64,000 nucleotides of DNA from Bacillota bacterium (GCA_023411715.1 JAEYOM010000123.1:20225-84224); one strand, 5' to 3'; shown: positions 31,008-40,246, counted from the stretch's first letter. Made by a program: numbers and translations. The notes: generated from the sequence alone by a model not told the origin.

Positions 31008-31992
31008 CAGTATAAACAGAAAAAAAGCTGTGGTTGTGTTATTGGTAGTAATGGCAGCCTCGGCAATACTTGCCGGAATCATATTCGTCGTACAATTCGG
31101 ATCGTCAGGCTTCAATATATTCAGCAGCGACTCTTCATACAAAAACAATATAGACGATGAAAAAACCTATGCCTCTGACGGTATCAGGACACTGACGGTA
31201 AAGAGCACCAGCGAGAATATTAACATCATCGCTGACGACTCTGCTGAAATAAGAGCGCATTTCTACGGCAGCTATTCTTCGAGCGACGAAACGTTCAAGC
31301 CCAAGCTGGTTGTGGAAAAGGACGGAGACAACCTGGTGGTCAGGATAGATAACGAATCAAAAATAAAAATGGTCCTTACCTTCATGAACAATATCAAGCT
31401 TGATGTGTATGTACCGAAAGCATACGATAAAAAACTCGATATAACGAGTACCTCCGGTGAAGTTACTTCTGAAGGTTTGAAGCTGGACAGTTTGCAGATA
31501 AAGACGACTTCCGGCACGATCTCCATAAAATCGATGGATGCCGCAAATACCGTGTTAAGATCCACTTCCGGCGAGATCAATGCGGAAGGCAGCTTCGGCG
31601 AGCTGGATATCGATTCGACTTCGGGAACGATCGTTTCGGAAAATTTAACTGCAACTGCGGCAAAAATCAACAGCACATCCGGAGAGATAAAGCTGAAAGG
31701 CTCCATCGACGGTATAACAGCAGGTGCTTCAAGCGGAACAATAGTTATAGCCACTGACCGGCTGACAAAAGACATGGCTGTCTCGACAACTTCAGGCGAA
31801 ATCGCAATAAAGCTGCCTGCGGACGCAGGGTTCATACTGGGAGCAAAATCCCAGTCAGGCGAGATAAACTGTGCATTCCCTGTCACAGTTACCGGGAATA
31901 AAAATGACAACCATCTTAACGGGACGGTCGGAAACGGCAGCTGCAACGTATCACTTTCTTCGATGTCCGGTAGTATAAATATTGCTAAATAA
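31000..31992 (+). CDS. DUF4097 family beta-strand-repeat protein (putative adhesin), membrane-anchored
   Basis: It overlaps the upstream gene by 8 nt. An N-terminal TM helix is followed by repeated ...TSGEI.../...TSGTI... strands. Confidence 0.8.
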   Translation: MFDSINRKKAVVVLLVVMAASAILAGIIFVVQFGSSGFNIFSSDSSYKNNIDDEKTYASDGIRTLTVKSTSENINIIADDSAEIRAHFYGSYSSSDETFKPKLVVEKDGDNLVVRIDNESKIKMVLTFMNNIKLDVYVPKAYDKKLDITSTSGEVTSEGLKLDSLQIKTTSGTISIKSMDAANTVLRSTSGEINAEGSFGELDIDSTSGTIVSENLTATAAKINSTSGEIKLKGSIDGITAGASSGTIVIATDRLTKDMAVSTTSGEIAIKLPADAGFILGAKSQSGEINCAFPVTVTGNKNDNHLNGTVGNGSCNVSLSSMSGSINIAK

Positions 31993-32053
31993 AGACTATC
32001 GCAGCAACAGAAAGATACCAAGTCAGATTCGAGCTTAGGAACAACAGCTCTGA

Positions 32054-32097
32054 AAAGGGATATTCTCCTCTTTACAATCGAGGATATCCCTTTTTCT
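32054..32097 (+). terminator. rho-independent terminator of the PadR operon
   Basis: A 14-bp stem: AAAGGGATATTCTC (32054-32067) pairs with GAGGATATCCCTTT (32080-32093). TTTTCT follows. Confidence 0.85.
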
Positions 32098-32172
32098 GCA
32101 CTTTCGACCCGCGCACCTTTTTTGCGGCGCCGGAATATAATGGTGTATCTATTTGTGAATAAGGTGAGATTG

Positions 32173-33693
32173 ATGTGGTATACCGTTCAGCCCGGTGATT
32201 CTATATTTTCGATTGCCCAGAAGTTTGGGATCTCTTCAAGGCAGCTCATAACGGCAAATCAGATAGTGGGAAGCACAATAATCCCAGGACAGTTACTATT
32301 TATACCGATACAGGTCTCTAAAGTAATTACTTACACGGTAAAGCCCGGCGACTCGCTGTACAAGATTGCAAGACAATTCGGTACGCTGGTCGAAAGCATC
32401 ATCGTGCTGAACAGGTTAACAAGTACAAACCTCGATATCGGACAGCGGCTGGTGATACCGCAATATACCGAGGCCGTAGTCAATGTAGGCAGGGCAAATG
32501 TGCGAAGCGGCCCAGGCACCAATTACGGAGTAATCACGACACTTTCATCAGGAGCAAAACTGCCGGTTACAGAGACCGCGCGCGACTGGCTCAGAGTTGG
32601 GCTGCATAACGGCATCTCCGGATGGATATCGCGAAGTGTGACCAACTTTCGGACCTATGACGGTTCAAAACCGATACAGAATATAGTCGGGTTCTATACG
32701 CTGTCGGAGGGGCCGGCCCTTCCGGGCTCCTTCCGCTCCTTTGCCGACAATACAACAAGACTGACCGAGGTTCCATTATTTCTGTACAGATTCGATCGGA
32801 ACAATCCGACAGCTATCGTAAAATTCGGCGAGTTCTCAGACAGCGATATTGAAACGCTGGTTTCGATAGCACACAGAAACAACATCATGATTTTGCCGGT
32901 CATACACAATTTGCTTTATGAATCAGGCGGTGCGGACGTAAGCAGGCAGGTCGTCAAAACAATGGTTGCGACGCCTGAGAGCCGCGCGACAGCTATTTCC
33001 AACATCGTCGCCCTTATAGACAGATACGGCTTCGACGGAGTCAATATCGATATAGAAGACGTGTTTTTGGAAGACAGCGGCAGACTTTCCCTGTTTTATG
33101 TGGAACTGGGCCGGGCGTTTAAGAGCCGCGGTTATTTCCTGTCAGCCTCAGTACCGTCGCGTATCAGAGATTATCCGCCGTTCAACCCGTTCTCGGATCC
33201 TTTCGATTACGCAACTATCGGCGCAGTCGTCGATCAGTTCGTCGTAATGCTGTATAACGAGCACGGGTGGCCTGGCAGCGGTCCGGGGCCGGTTGTTTCG
33301 AGCGGCTGGATGACAAAAGTCATATCCTATACGATCACTAAAATGCCCGCAAGCAAGGTTGTCGCAGCAATCTCTGTATTCGGCTTCGACTTTAATCTGA
33401 CGACCGGCAGGAATACCTATGTAAGTTACGCTGCAGCCGTCGACCTTGCAAGACGCTATAACAGAAGCATTATTTTCGATCAGGACACTCTTACGCCAAT
33501 GTTTGCCTATACCGACGAACAGGGAAATCAGCATGAGGTCTGGTTCGAAAATGCAGACAGCATTATTGCAAAAATACGGCTGGCCTGGCAGATGGGTATC
33601 TCGGGAGTTGCGCTCTGGCGGCTCGGCATAGAGGATCCCGCGCTATGGCCGCGTATCTCGTCCGAAATCGTAGTTAGAAGGATAAATTGGTAA
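32173..33693 (+). CDS. 2x LysM + SH3 + glycoside hydrolase family 18 protein (YaaH/YdhD-like spore peptidoglycan hydrolase)
   Basis: The LysM domains are YTVQPGDSIFSIAQKFGIS... and YTVKPGDSLYKIARQFGT.... The SH3b-like segment is NVRSGPGTNYGVITTL. The GH18 catalytic motif is FDGVNIDIEDV (DxxDxDxE). The start is taken at MWYTV; the ORF is open to 32122. Confidence 0.88.
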   Translation: MWYTVQPGDSIFSIAQKFGISSRQLITANQIVGSTIIPGQLLFIPIQVSKVITYTVKPGDSLYKIARQFGTLVESIIVLNRLTSTNLDIGQRLVIPQYTEAVVNVGRANVRSGPGTNYGVITTLSSGAKLPVTETARDWLRVGLHNGISGWISRSVTNFRTYDGSKPIQNIVGFYTLSEGPALPGSFRSFADNTTRLTEVPLFLYRFDRNNPTAIVKFGEFSDSDIETLVSIAHRNNIMILPVIHNLLYESGGADVSRQVVKTMVATPESRATAISNIVALIDRYGFDGVNIDIEDVFLEDSGRLSLFYVELGRAFKSRGYFLSASVPSRIRDYPPFNPFSDPFDYATIGAVVDQFVVMLYNEHGWPGSGPGPVVSSGWMTKVISYTITKMPASKVVAAISVFGFDFNLTTGRNTYVSYAAAVDLARRYNRSIIFDQDTLTPMFAYTDEQGNQHEVWFENADSIIAKIRLAWQMGISGVALWRLGIEDPALWPRISSEIVVRRINW

Positions 33694-33808
33694 ACGGGGA
33701 TTGCCAGTCGTTTGGGAAATACTTACAGATCAAAGACGGCAAAAAAGCCTTATTTGGCTTGTTGCCAGACATATTACCAATATTTTGCTTGTAAAGCTTA
33801 CAGTTCCG

Positions 33809-33842
33809 TGTTATAATAATTTTTGTATCGAAGGCGATACAA
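33809..33842 (+). promoter_or_regulatory. extended -10 promoter plus 5' stem-loop at the start of a roughly 130-nt leader
   Basis: TGtTATAAT lies at 33809-33817. An 8-bp hairpin, TTGTATCG-aagg-CGATACAA, lies at 33823-33842. The ATG is at 33951. Confidence 0.4.
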
Positions 33843-33950
33843 AGCACGATTTAATTTGTTTGTAGACCGAACCCTCCTTTTTCTGATCTGGATTTTTGGA
33901 GAAATAAGTCTAAACCAGTTAAATCCAACTGATCAAGGAGGTTATTTAAT

Positions 33951-34157
33951 ATGCCGGACAAAACATTGACGTGCAAAGACTGCAACAATGAATTCATCTT
34001 TTCGGAAGGCGAACAGGCTTTCTACAAAGAAAAAGGATTCGAAAACGAGCCGCAAAGGTGCCCTGAATGCAGAAAAGCCAAAAAGGCGCAGAGAAGGAAC
34101 AGCGGCGGTTTCAGCAACCAGCCCAGGAACAATTTCAGCGGCGGAAACAGATGGTAG
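33951..34157 (+). CDS. zinc-ribbon domain protein (CxxC...CxxC, basic Gly/Asn-rich tail)
   Basis: MPDKTLTCKDCNNEFIFSEGEQAFYKEKGFENEPQRCPECRKAKK matches the widespread 'probable zinc-ribbon' small-protein family. AAGGAGG precedes the ATG. Confidence 0.8.
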   Translation: MPDKTLTCKDCNNEFIFSEGEQAFYKEKGFENEPQRCPECRKAKKAQRRNSGGFSNQPRNNFSGGNRW

Positions 34158-34190
34158 AAAGAGAGAGTCGAAAGACTCTCTTTTTTATAT
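34158..34190 (+). terminator. rho-independent terminator
   Basis: AAAGAGAGAGTC-gaaa-GACTCTCTTTT followed by TTTAT. Confidence 0.85.
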
Positions 34191-34299
34191 TCCCCTGGAT
34201 TTTTTCAATAAGATCATTTATTTTGCAACTTGTACAATAAATGATATATAATAATATAGTCAGTTTTCAGCGTAATTCAATACCTTCGGGGAGGTTGTC

Positions 34300-36018
34300 A
34301 TGAAAAACATACCATTATACGAAGTACGAAAAGTAAAATCTATCAAAGATGTATTGTGTTCCAGTGCGGAGCTATACAGCGACAGGACCGCGTTCCTTCA
34401 AAAACGTAAGGGAAATGACAAATACGAACCCGTCACATACAGACAATTCAAGACAGAAGTAGACGCGTTAGGCACCGAATTGATCGATATGGGTCTAAAA
34501 GGCAGCAGGATAGCCATTATCAGTGAAAACCGCTACGACTGGGTTTTATCGTACATGGCGGTAGTAAACGGTACAGGTATCGTAGCGCCCCTGGATAAGG
34601 AACTCCCCGAAAACGAGATCGAAAACCTGCTGGTCAGATCGAAAGCAGACGCAATAATTTTCTCCGGAAATTTGCGCGAACACATCGAAAACATCTCCAA
34701 AAGAATCAGCTTCGTCAAATATTACATAGACATGGACGCCGAGTCTGAAGGCGGGAATGGTTTCGTTCCGCTCAAGTCGTTGGTGGACAAGGGTCGGAAA
34801 TTGGTCGATAAAGGCCGTGCCGATTTCATTAAAGCGGAGATCGATCCGGAAGCAATGAGCATTCTGCTTTTTACTTCTGCTACTACCGACAAATCCAAGG
34901 CAGTTATGCTGTGTCACAGAAATATCGCGGAAAACCTGATGGCTATGAGTTCCATGACGTACATAGACCCGTCGGACATATTCCTTTCGGTACTGCCACT
35001 TCACCATACTTACGAAAGTACCTGCGGTTTCCTCTGCCCATTCTACAGAGGCGCGGCAGTTGCGTTTTGCGAGGGTCTGCGGCATATACAGAAAAACCTG
35101 CAGGAAGTAGAAGCAACCGTCATGCTTGCAGTTCCGCTCATTCACGAATCTATCTACAAGCGCATCTGGGATCAGGCCGCAAAGGACCCGAAGCTTTTGA
35201 AAAAGCTGAAATTCGGAATAAAGCTCAGCAATACCATGAAAAAAGTCGGTATCGATATGACAAGAAAACTGTTTGCTCCGATACATAACAATTTTGGAGG
35301 TCACCTGAGACTTCTGATAAGCGGCGCGGCAGGGATCGACCCGGAAGTGTCCAGAGGCTTCAGAAGCCTTGGGATACTGTTCATACAGGGATACGGCCTG
35401 ACGGAATGCAGCCCTATTGTAGCATTGAACCGCAATGTCGATTTGAAGGATGAAGCCGCGGGCCTGCCTCTCCCCAACCTCGAGGTCAGGGTGGATGCTC
35501 CAAGCGCGGACGGCGTCGGCGAAATAATGGTCAAAGGTCCAAGCGTAATGCTTGGTTATTATGAAGACCCTGAAAATACTGCAAAAGTCATTAAGAACGG
35601 CTGGTTCTATACCGGCGATCTCGGATTTATAGACAGCGCCGGGTTTGTGCATATCACAGGCAGAAAAAAGAATGTTATTGTTACAAAAAACGGGAAGAAT
35701 ATTTACCCGGAAGAAATTGAAACCTTGCTTAGCAAGAGCCGGTTCATAAAGGAATGCATCGTCTATGGCAAGGATGATCCTGTTTATGGCGATGTAGTCG
35801 TTTCAGCGACTATCGTGCCGGAAGCGGAAGCCATACAGGCGCAGTTCGAGGGCCGCCAGCCGACTTCCGAGGAAGTGTATGAGCTTATCCGCAAGGAAGT
35901 TAAGGAAGTAAACAAGAGCCTTGTCATTTATAAATATGTCAAAGACTTTACCTTGCGCGAACAGGAATTTGCCAAGACTACCACGAAGAAAATCAAGAGA
36001 TACATGGAAAATAAATAA
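34300..36018 (+). CDS. AMP-dependent synthetase/ligase (long-chain fatty acid-CoA ligase-like)
   Basis: 572 aa. ...LLFTSATTDKSKAVMLCH... is the AMP-binding P-loop-like motif. ...GYGLTECSP..., ...WFYTGDLG... and ...GRKKNVIVTKNGKNIYPEEIE... are also present. Confidence 0.9.
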   Translation: MKNIPLYEVRKVKSIKDVLCSSAELYSDRTAFLQKRKGNDKYEPVTYRQFKTEVDALGTELIDMGLKGSRIAIISENRYDWVLSYMAVVNGTGIVAPLDKELPENEIENLLVRSKADAIIFSGNLREHIENISKRISFVKYYIDMDAESEGGNGFVPLKSLVDKGRKLVDKGRADFIKAEIDPEAMSILLFTSATTDKSKAVMLCHRNIAENLMAMSSMTYIDPSDIFLSVLPLHHTYESTCGFLCPFYRGAAVAFCEGLRHIQKNLQEVEATVMLAVPLIHESIYKRIWDQAAKDPKLLKKLKFGIKLSNTMKKVGIDMTRKLFAPIHNNFGGHLRLLISGAAGIDPEVSRGFRSLGILFIQGYGLTECSPIVALNRNVDLKDEAAGLPLPNLEVRVDAPSADGVGEIMVKGPSVMLGYYEDPENTAKVIKNGWFYTGDLGFIDSAGFVHITGRKKNVIVTKNGKNIYPEEIETLLSKSRFIKECIVYGKDDPVYGDVVVSATIVPEAEAIQAQFEGRQPTSEEVYELIRKEVKEVNKSLVIYKYVKDFTLREQEFAKTTTKKIKRYMENK

Positions 36019-36086
36019 TATCTCCTCGTAATCGACTGAATAAGGCACTGCAATTATCGGTCGGACTGCGAGAGTTATAGGTTAGG

Positions 36087-37025
36087 ATGAAAAGAAATTC
36101 AGAAAAAATGCCGCTTACTGCCCAAGAATTGGCAAAGCGCTATAAAAAGAGATACCATGTCGTACTGGGCATATTTATCGCTTTCTTTGCCCTTACGGCA
36201 TTTTATCTCTATTTGAATTACGACTATCTGGCGTTTAAGCATTTCCTGACGAGCAGCTACATTTACACCGATACTCTTAATGACGTTTACAAAAAGGAAT
36301 TGGGAAAGGATCTGTCGGGTAAATATTTTGCCAACTTCGACGACATGGTGATCGCAGTAGTCACAAACAGGATCCGTGCGGAAAAGGGAGACAGGTATAC
36401 GTACCTGTTCACTCCCGAAGGACTTCAGCATACGTACCAGGTCGAAAGAGAAGAAGCGGCCTATAACGAGATAAAAGTATTGAGCGACAGCACTTTATAC
36501 CTGAGGATAACAAATTTCTCGACCTACTCCCGGAAATTCGTCAGGGACAATATAGACAAACTCAAAAGCAGGCCGAATCTGATCATTGACCTGATGGATG
36601 ACCGCGGCGGCGATATAGATGCAATGGTAGATATCTCCGGATATTTTCTGCCAAGGAATGCCGTTATAGCAACCGATCATTTCCGCTGGCTCGACAGGGT
36701 CTACAAGTCCAACAAGGATCAACCGCTCAGGTATGACAGAATAGTCATCCTGCAGAATAAAAATACGGCCAGCGCTTCCGAAAACATGGTTGCCGCGTTG
36801 AAGGACAACCTCGGCAATGTGGAATTGATAGGCGCTAAAACTTTCGGCAAGGGCATAGGACAATTCACGCTGCCGCTTAAGCGCGGTTACGCGGTAAAAG
36901 CAACCATACTGAAGTGGTTTACCCCGAAAGGTATAAACATCCAGGGTTACGGTATCGATCCCGATATCGAATACACCGGCAGCGACATCGTGCAATTCGC
37001 GCTGGACAGGATAGAACGGAAATGA
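36087..37025 (+). CDS. S41 family (C-terminal processing/Tsp-like) peptidase, membrane-anchored
   Basis: An N-terminal TM helix, then ...LIIDLMDDRGGDIDA..., ...NKNTASASENMVAALK... (Ser nucleophile region) and ...TFGKGIGQ.... Confidence 0.75.
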   Translation: MKRNSEKMPLTAQELAKRYKKRYHVVLGIFIAFFALTAFYLYLNYDYLAFKHFLTSSYIYTDTLNDVYKKELGKDLSGKYFANFDDMVIAVVTNRIRAEKGDRYTYLFTPEGLQHTYQVEREEAAYNEIKVLSDSTLYLRITNFSTYSRKFVRDNIDKLKSRPNLIIDLMDDRGGDIDAMVDISGYFLPRNAVIATDHFRWLDRVYKSNKDQPLRYDRIVILQNKNTASASENMVAALKDNLGNVELIGAKTFGKGIGQFTLPLKRGYAVKATILKWFTPKGINIQGYGIDPDIEYTGSDIVQFALDRIERK

Positions 37026-37138
37026 AACAGGGGGACGGTTCTTTTGTTTCGTTGACTGAGTCAGGAGATGGTCCTTTGACTCATTTTCCATTAGTTACCT
37101 CGGCATAACTCGTATTGACCGGATCATGGTCAACCGTC

Positions 37139-38011
37139 TCAACCCCTGAGCATTTCCACCTCATCCGGCGACAGTTCCCTGCACTCCCCCGGTTTCAGCG
37201 ACTCGTCAAGCCTGAGACCGCCCATCTGGATACGTTTAAGGTATATGACTTTTTTACCCACAGCCTCGAACATTCTTTTGACCTGATGAAATTTGCCCTC
37301 ATGCAGCACGAGTTCTATCTCGGAGCGGATTACGCGGCTGATATCGATGTTTACTCCCTTGTAACTGTCATACATTGGGCTTTTCTCGAGTTCAGTGTAA
37401 TCGCGCTGTTTTGCACCTCTACCCTGCCCCAGTCGGCCATAATCACCAGTATTGCAGTACTGTTTCAGATTTTCATCCATACCTGTTGTACCAATGATTT
37501 CAAGTTCCGCCGGCATTGTTTTGTAACCGTCGTCAAGTACGACGCCTTGCTTGAAGCTTTCGATGTCATCCTGCGTCACAAGGCCGTCTATCAAGGCGTA
37601 ATATCGCTTATCCACATGTTTTACCGGTGAAAGCAGATTGTGCGCGAGCTGCCCGTCATTTGTCAGCAAAAGCATTCCTTCCGTATCTATATCCAGACGC
37701 CCTGCGGGAAACAGGTCAAAGCAGGCCAGTTCCTGCGGCAGAAGCTCTACAGCTGTTTTCAGTTTGGGATCGTATGTTGCGGAAATCACACCAGCAGGCT
37801 TATTCATCATTACATAAACAAACCTCCTGTAGTTGAGTAATTTTCCGTTCACCTCTATCCTGCTGTTTTCCGGATCCACGTGCATTGATGCGTCATTTAC
37901 GATGGTGCCATCCACCTTTACAAGTCCGTCTTTGATCACCTTTCGCAGCTCGCTTCTGGTACCGAAGCCGAAATTGGCCAGAACCTTGTCCAGCCGCTGT
38001 GTATTCCGCAT
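37139..38011 (-). CDS. RsuA/RluB-family rRNA pseudouridine synthase with an internal insertion of about 50 aa
   Basis: The S4 domain is QRLDKVLANFGFGTRSELRKVIKDGLVKVDG. The catalytic motif is AGRLDIDTEGMLLLTNDG. ...HEGKFHQVKRMF... is also present. The start is taken at MRNTQRLDK; the ORF is open to 38044. Confidence 0.88.
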   Translation of the reverse strand: MRNTQRLDKVLANFGFGTRSELRKVIKDGLVKVDGTIVNDASMHVDPENSRIEVNGKLLNYRRFVYVMMNKPAGVISATYDPKLKTAVELLPQELACFDLFPAGRLDIDTEGMLLLTNDGQLAHNLLSPVKHVDKRYYALIDGLVTQDDIESFKQGVVLDDGYKTMPAELEIIGTTGMDENLKQYCNTGDYGRLGQGRGAKQRDYTELEKSPMYDSYKGVNIDISRVIRSEIELVLHEGKFHQVKRMFEAVGKKVIYLKRIQMGGLRLDESLKPGECRELSPDEVEMLRG

Positions 38012-38153
38012 ATAATAAACCTCCAGCGGGGATATATCTGTCAACCTACTAACATTACAACCATAAATGATATATGATCAGCGCAATTTCTATACATCTC
38101 CATATTGTTTTAGATGGGTATATCATTTATTCTGCCCTATGGTCATACCGTTA

Positions 38154-39947
38154 TCAACTAAGCCTCCTCCAGCCTTTCGGGTATTGGTTTTTCAGCATGT
38201 CGCCTGTCTGTTTCGCCCAACCAAGAGTATACCCGTCCACGCAGATTGCCGTAAGACCCTTCTCCCCCTCCAGCATCAAAGTCTCGCCTTTCAGGTAGCT
38301 GCCGACTTCACGCGATCCGGCGCCCAGACTGAGAACCCGCTTGAAAGCGGAAGCGCCAAGAGCCGTCGCCATTGAATGGGAAGGTTCAAACCTGTTATCT
38401 TCAAACGTCCCCAAAAACCATCCGAATTTTGCAACCTTCAAACCGTTTAGAGACGGCGGCTGCTCCGGCAGTTGGTATAAATTACGACCCCTGATCATAT
38501 AGACGCCTTCCGGCATTTCGTTCATGTTCTCTTTTACAAACTCCCTGAAGCTTTCCGGCAGATCATCGTATGAAAGTACCTCTTCCCATTGCATATCTGA
38601 ACCTATTACCTTGCAGAAAGAATCCGGCGGCATGACATTATGGCAACAGATCTGCCCCGGATCTGCCTGATGACCGGCAAAATCCTCATTATTGCACGGA
38701 TCACCCGTGTTTCCCGTGTTGTCTGAATTACCCGTATTGCCCGTGTTGTCCGTGTTGCCCGTGTTGTCCGGATTGTCCGAAGCATCCCCCATTTTGACCA
38801 GCTTTGCAACGAAATGCCCCTCTCCCCTGACTCTATGCGGCCACAGTCTTGCCACCCTGGTAAAGTCATCGGCAACTTCGGATCGAATATTGTTGTAAGT
38901 AAGCCCGATACCGTTGCCGCTATTTTCCCGGCTGTTACCGCTATTCACCCAGCTGTTGCCGCCATTTTCCCGGCTGTTGCTGCTATTTACCTGCCCACTG
39001 CCGTTATTTTCCCGGCTGTTGCCGCTATTTACCTGCCCACAGCCGTTATTTTCCCGGCTGTTGCCGCTGCCTGTTGAACCGCCGCCAGCAGCGCCTACGT
39101 TGACCCATTGAGGCCTTCCGCCTTCAATGCCGGCAATTTTGGGTATCTCTACCAGTCTATAACCGGGATGCTCACGTAAAAAGCCGGCAATCATCCTCTC
39201 ATCTTCTTCTGGTGAAAACGTGCAGGTAGAATAGACCAGTGTGCCGCCCGGCTTCAGCAGCTTGTCGGCGCTGCGCAGGATAGGTTCCTGCAGTTTGGTG
39301 CAGCGCTCGCATTTGAAGCTCTCCCAGCTTCTGGCCGCCGCTTCGTCCTTTCTGAACATGCCCTCTCCGGAACATGGCGCGTCGATCAATATACGGTCAA
39401 AATAACCCTCAAAATTATGCAGCAGTTTCTCTGGCGATTCATTTAGAACTATCGCATTTTTAACGCCGCATAGTTCAATATTTTTCACAAGTGCCTTCAC
39501 ACGTTCGGCGTTGATATCGTTGGAGACCAGCAAACCTTTTCCCTTCATCGCGGCCGCAATCTGTACGGTTTTACCGCCGGGAGCCGCACACAGATCAAGT
39601 ATCCTCTCGCCGGGCTGTGCGCCGAGTATCTGTCCCGGCAGCATCGCGCTTGGTTCCTGTATATAATAGAGCCCCGCATGGTAATACGGATGCCTTCCAG
39701 GGGTATCCTCCCCCGATATGTAGAAGCCGTCCTCTGTCCAAGGCACAGGTTCGAGCTCGAAAGGCGAAAGCTTATTAAATTCCCCAACTCCGATTTTCAG
39801 CCTGTTCACTCGCAGCCCGTACTGCCTATCCCCATTCAAGGCCTCGATAAATTCACTGTATTCTCTTTCTCCGAGCAGGCCAAGCATTTTTTCCTTAAAT
39901 GCCACCGGAAGCTTCACTCTTTTATCCTCCTGTATATGCGGTGTCAA
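38154..39947 (-). CDS. RsmB/RsmF (NOL1/NOP2/Sun) family rRNA m5C methyltransferase with a roughly 130-aa low-complexity repeat insertion
   Basis: ...ILDLCAAPGGKT..., ...FDRILIDAPCSGEGMFRK... and ...LVYSTCTFSPEE... are the catalytic Cys motifs. A PUA-like C-terminal domain is present. The insert carries 7-aa GNSRENN/GxGQVNS units and DNTGNTG units. Confidence 0.9.
   Translation of the reverse strand: MTPHIQEDKRVKLPVAFKEKMLGLLGEREYSEFIEALNGDRQYGLRVNRLKIGVGEFNKLSPFELEPVPWTEDGFYISGEDTPGRHPYYHAGLYYIQEPSAMLPGQILGAQPGERILDLCAAPGGKTVQIAAAMKGKGLLVSNDINAERVKALVKNIELCGVKNAIVLNESPEKLLHNFEGYFDRILIDAPCSGEGMFRKDEAAARSWESFKCERCTKLQEPILRSADKLLKPGGTLVYSTCTFSPEEDERMIAGFLREHPGYRLVEIPKIAGIEGGRPQWVNVGAAGGGSTGSGNSRENNGCGQVNSGNSRENNGSGQVNSSNSRENGGNSWVNSGNSRENSGNGIGLTYNNIRSEVADDFTRVARLWPHRVRGEGHFVAKLVKMGDASDNPDNTGNTDNTGNTGNSDNTGNTGDPCNNEDFAGHQADPGQICCHNVMPPDSFCKVIGSDMQWEEVLSYDDLPESFREFVKENMNEMPEGVYMIRGRNLYQLPEQPPSLNGLKVAKFGWFLGTFEDNRFEPSHSMATALGASAFKRVLSLGAGSREVGSYLKGETLMLEGEKGLTAICVDGYTLGWAKQTGDMLKNQYPKGWRRLS
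38701..38780 (-). repeat. 9/18-nt tandem coding repeats (CCCGTGTTG-type; encode NTGNTDNTG...)
   Basis: Read directly: cccgtgtttcccgtgttgtc...cccgtattgcccgtgttgtccgtgttgcccgtgttgtcc. Confidence 0.85.
38911..39070 (-). repeat. about 7.5 x 21-nt tandem coding repeats alternating two unit types
   Basis: CCGTTATTTTCCCGGCTGTTG alternates with CCGCTATTTACCTGCCCACWG. These encode alternating GNSRENN and GxGQVNS heptads. Confidence 0.9.
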
Positions 39948-40011
39948 TCAATAATTATACCACATAATTTTCACTCTACACCGTACTAAATCTTCAGGGA
40001 ACGATCAAAAG

Positions 40012-40080
40012 CAATTCAAAAAACACAATTCAAAAAGCAATCTATTCAATTCACCAATTCACCAAAGAATCATCAATTGC
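40012..40080. repeat. cluster of CAATTCA heptamers (4 exact, 1-2 degenerate)
   Basis: Exact copies lie at 40012, 40026, 40047 and 40055, and CAATTGC at 40074. The cluster sits 65-130 nt upstream of the rsmF-like start. Confidence 0.7.
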
Positions 40081-40246
40081 AACAGTAAAGTATATTTTGA
40101 CTTTAATATGTACAAATAATGTGACAGGCTCATTTTGGGGGAAAAATAATTTTCCCTATCTTTGTCGCAGTAAAGAGCCATATCCCTGCGAGCCTTTGCA
40201 GGCTATGCCGTATCATAAATGAACAGAAGCGGAATTAATGGCTTAA

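Noticed and set aside
33988-34251. 87-aa ORF overlapping the zinc-ribbon gene in another frame.
   Set aside because: The zinc-ribbon frame has the strong RBS and conserved CxxC spacing. The alternative frame runs through the terminator hairpin.
34546-35652. 368-aa ORF antisense to the acyl-CoA ligase gene. Similar long antisense or overlapping ORFs occur at 27299-28012, 31272-32021, 17411-18100, 14513-15181, 2183-2719 and 36495-37091.
   Set aside because: Each lies fully inside, and opposite to, a gene with unmistakable family motifs. Their translations are low-complexity or Arg/Ser/Cys-rich with no recognisable motif. They are typical shadow ORFs of moderate-GC coding DNA.
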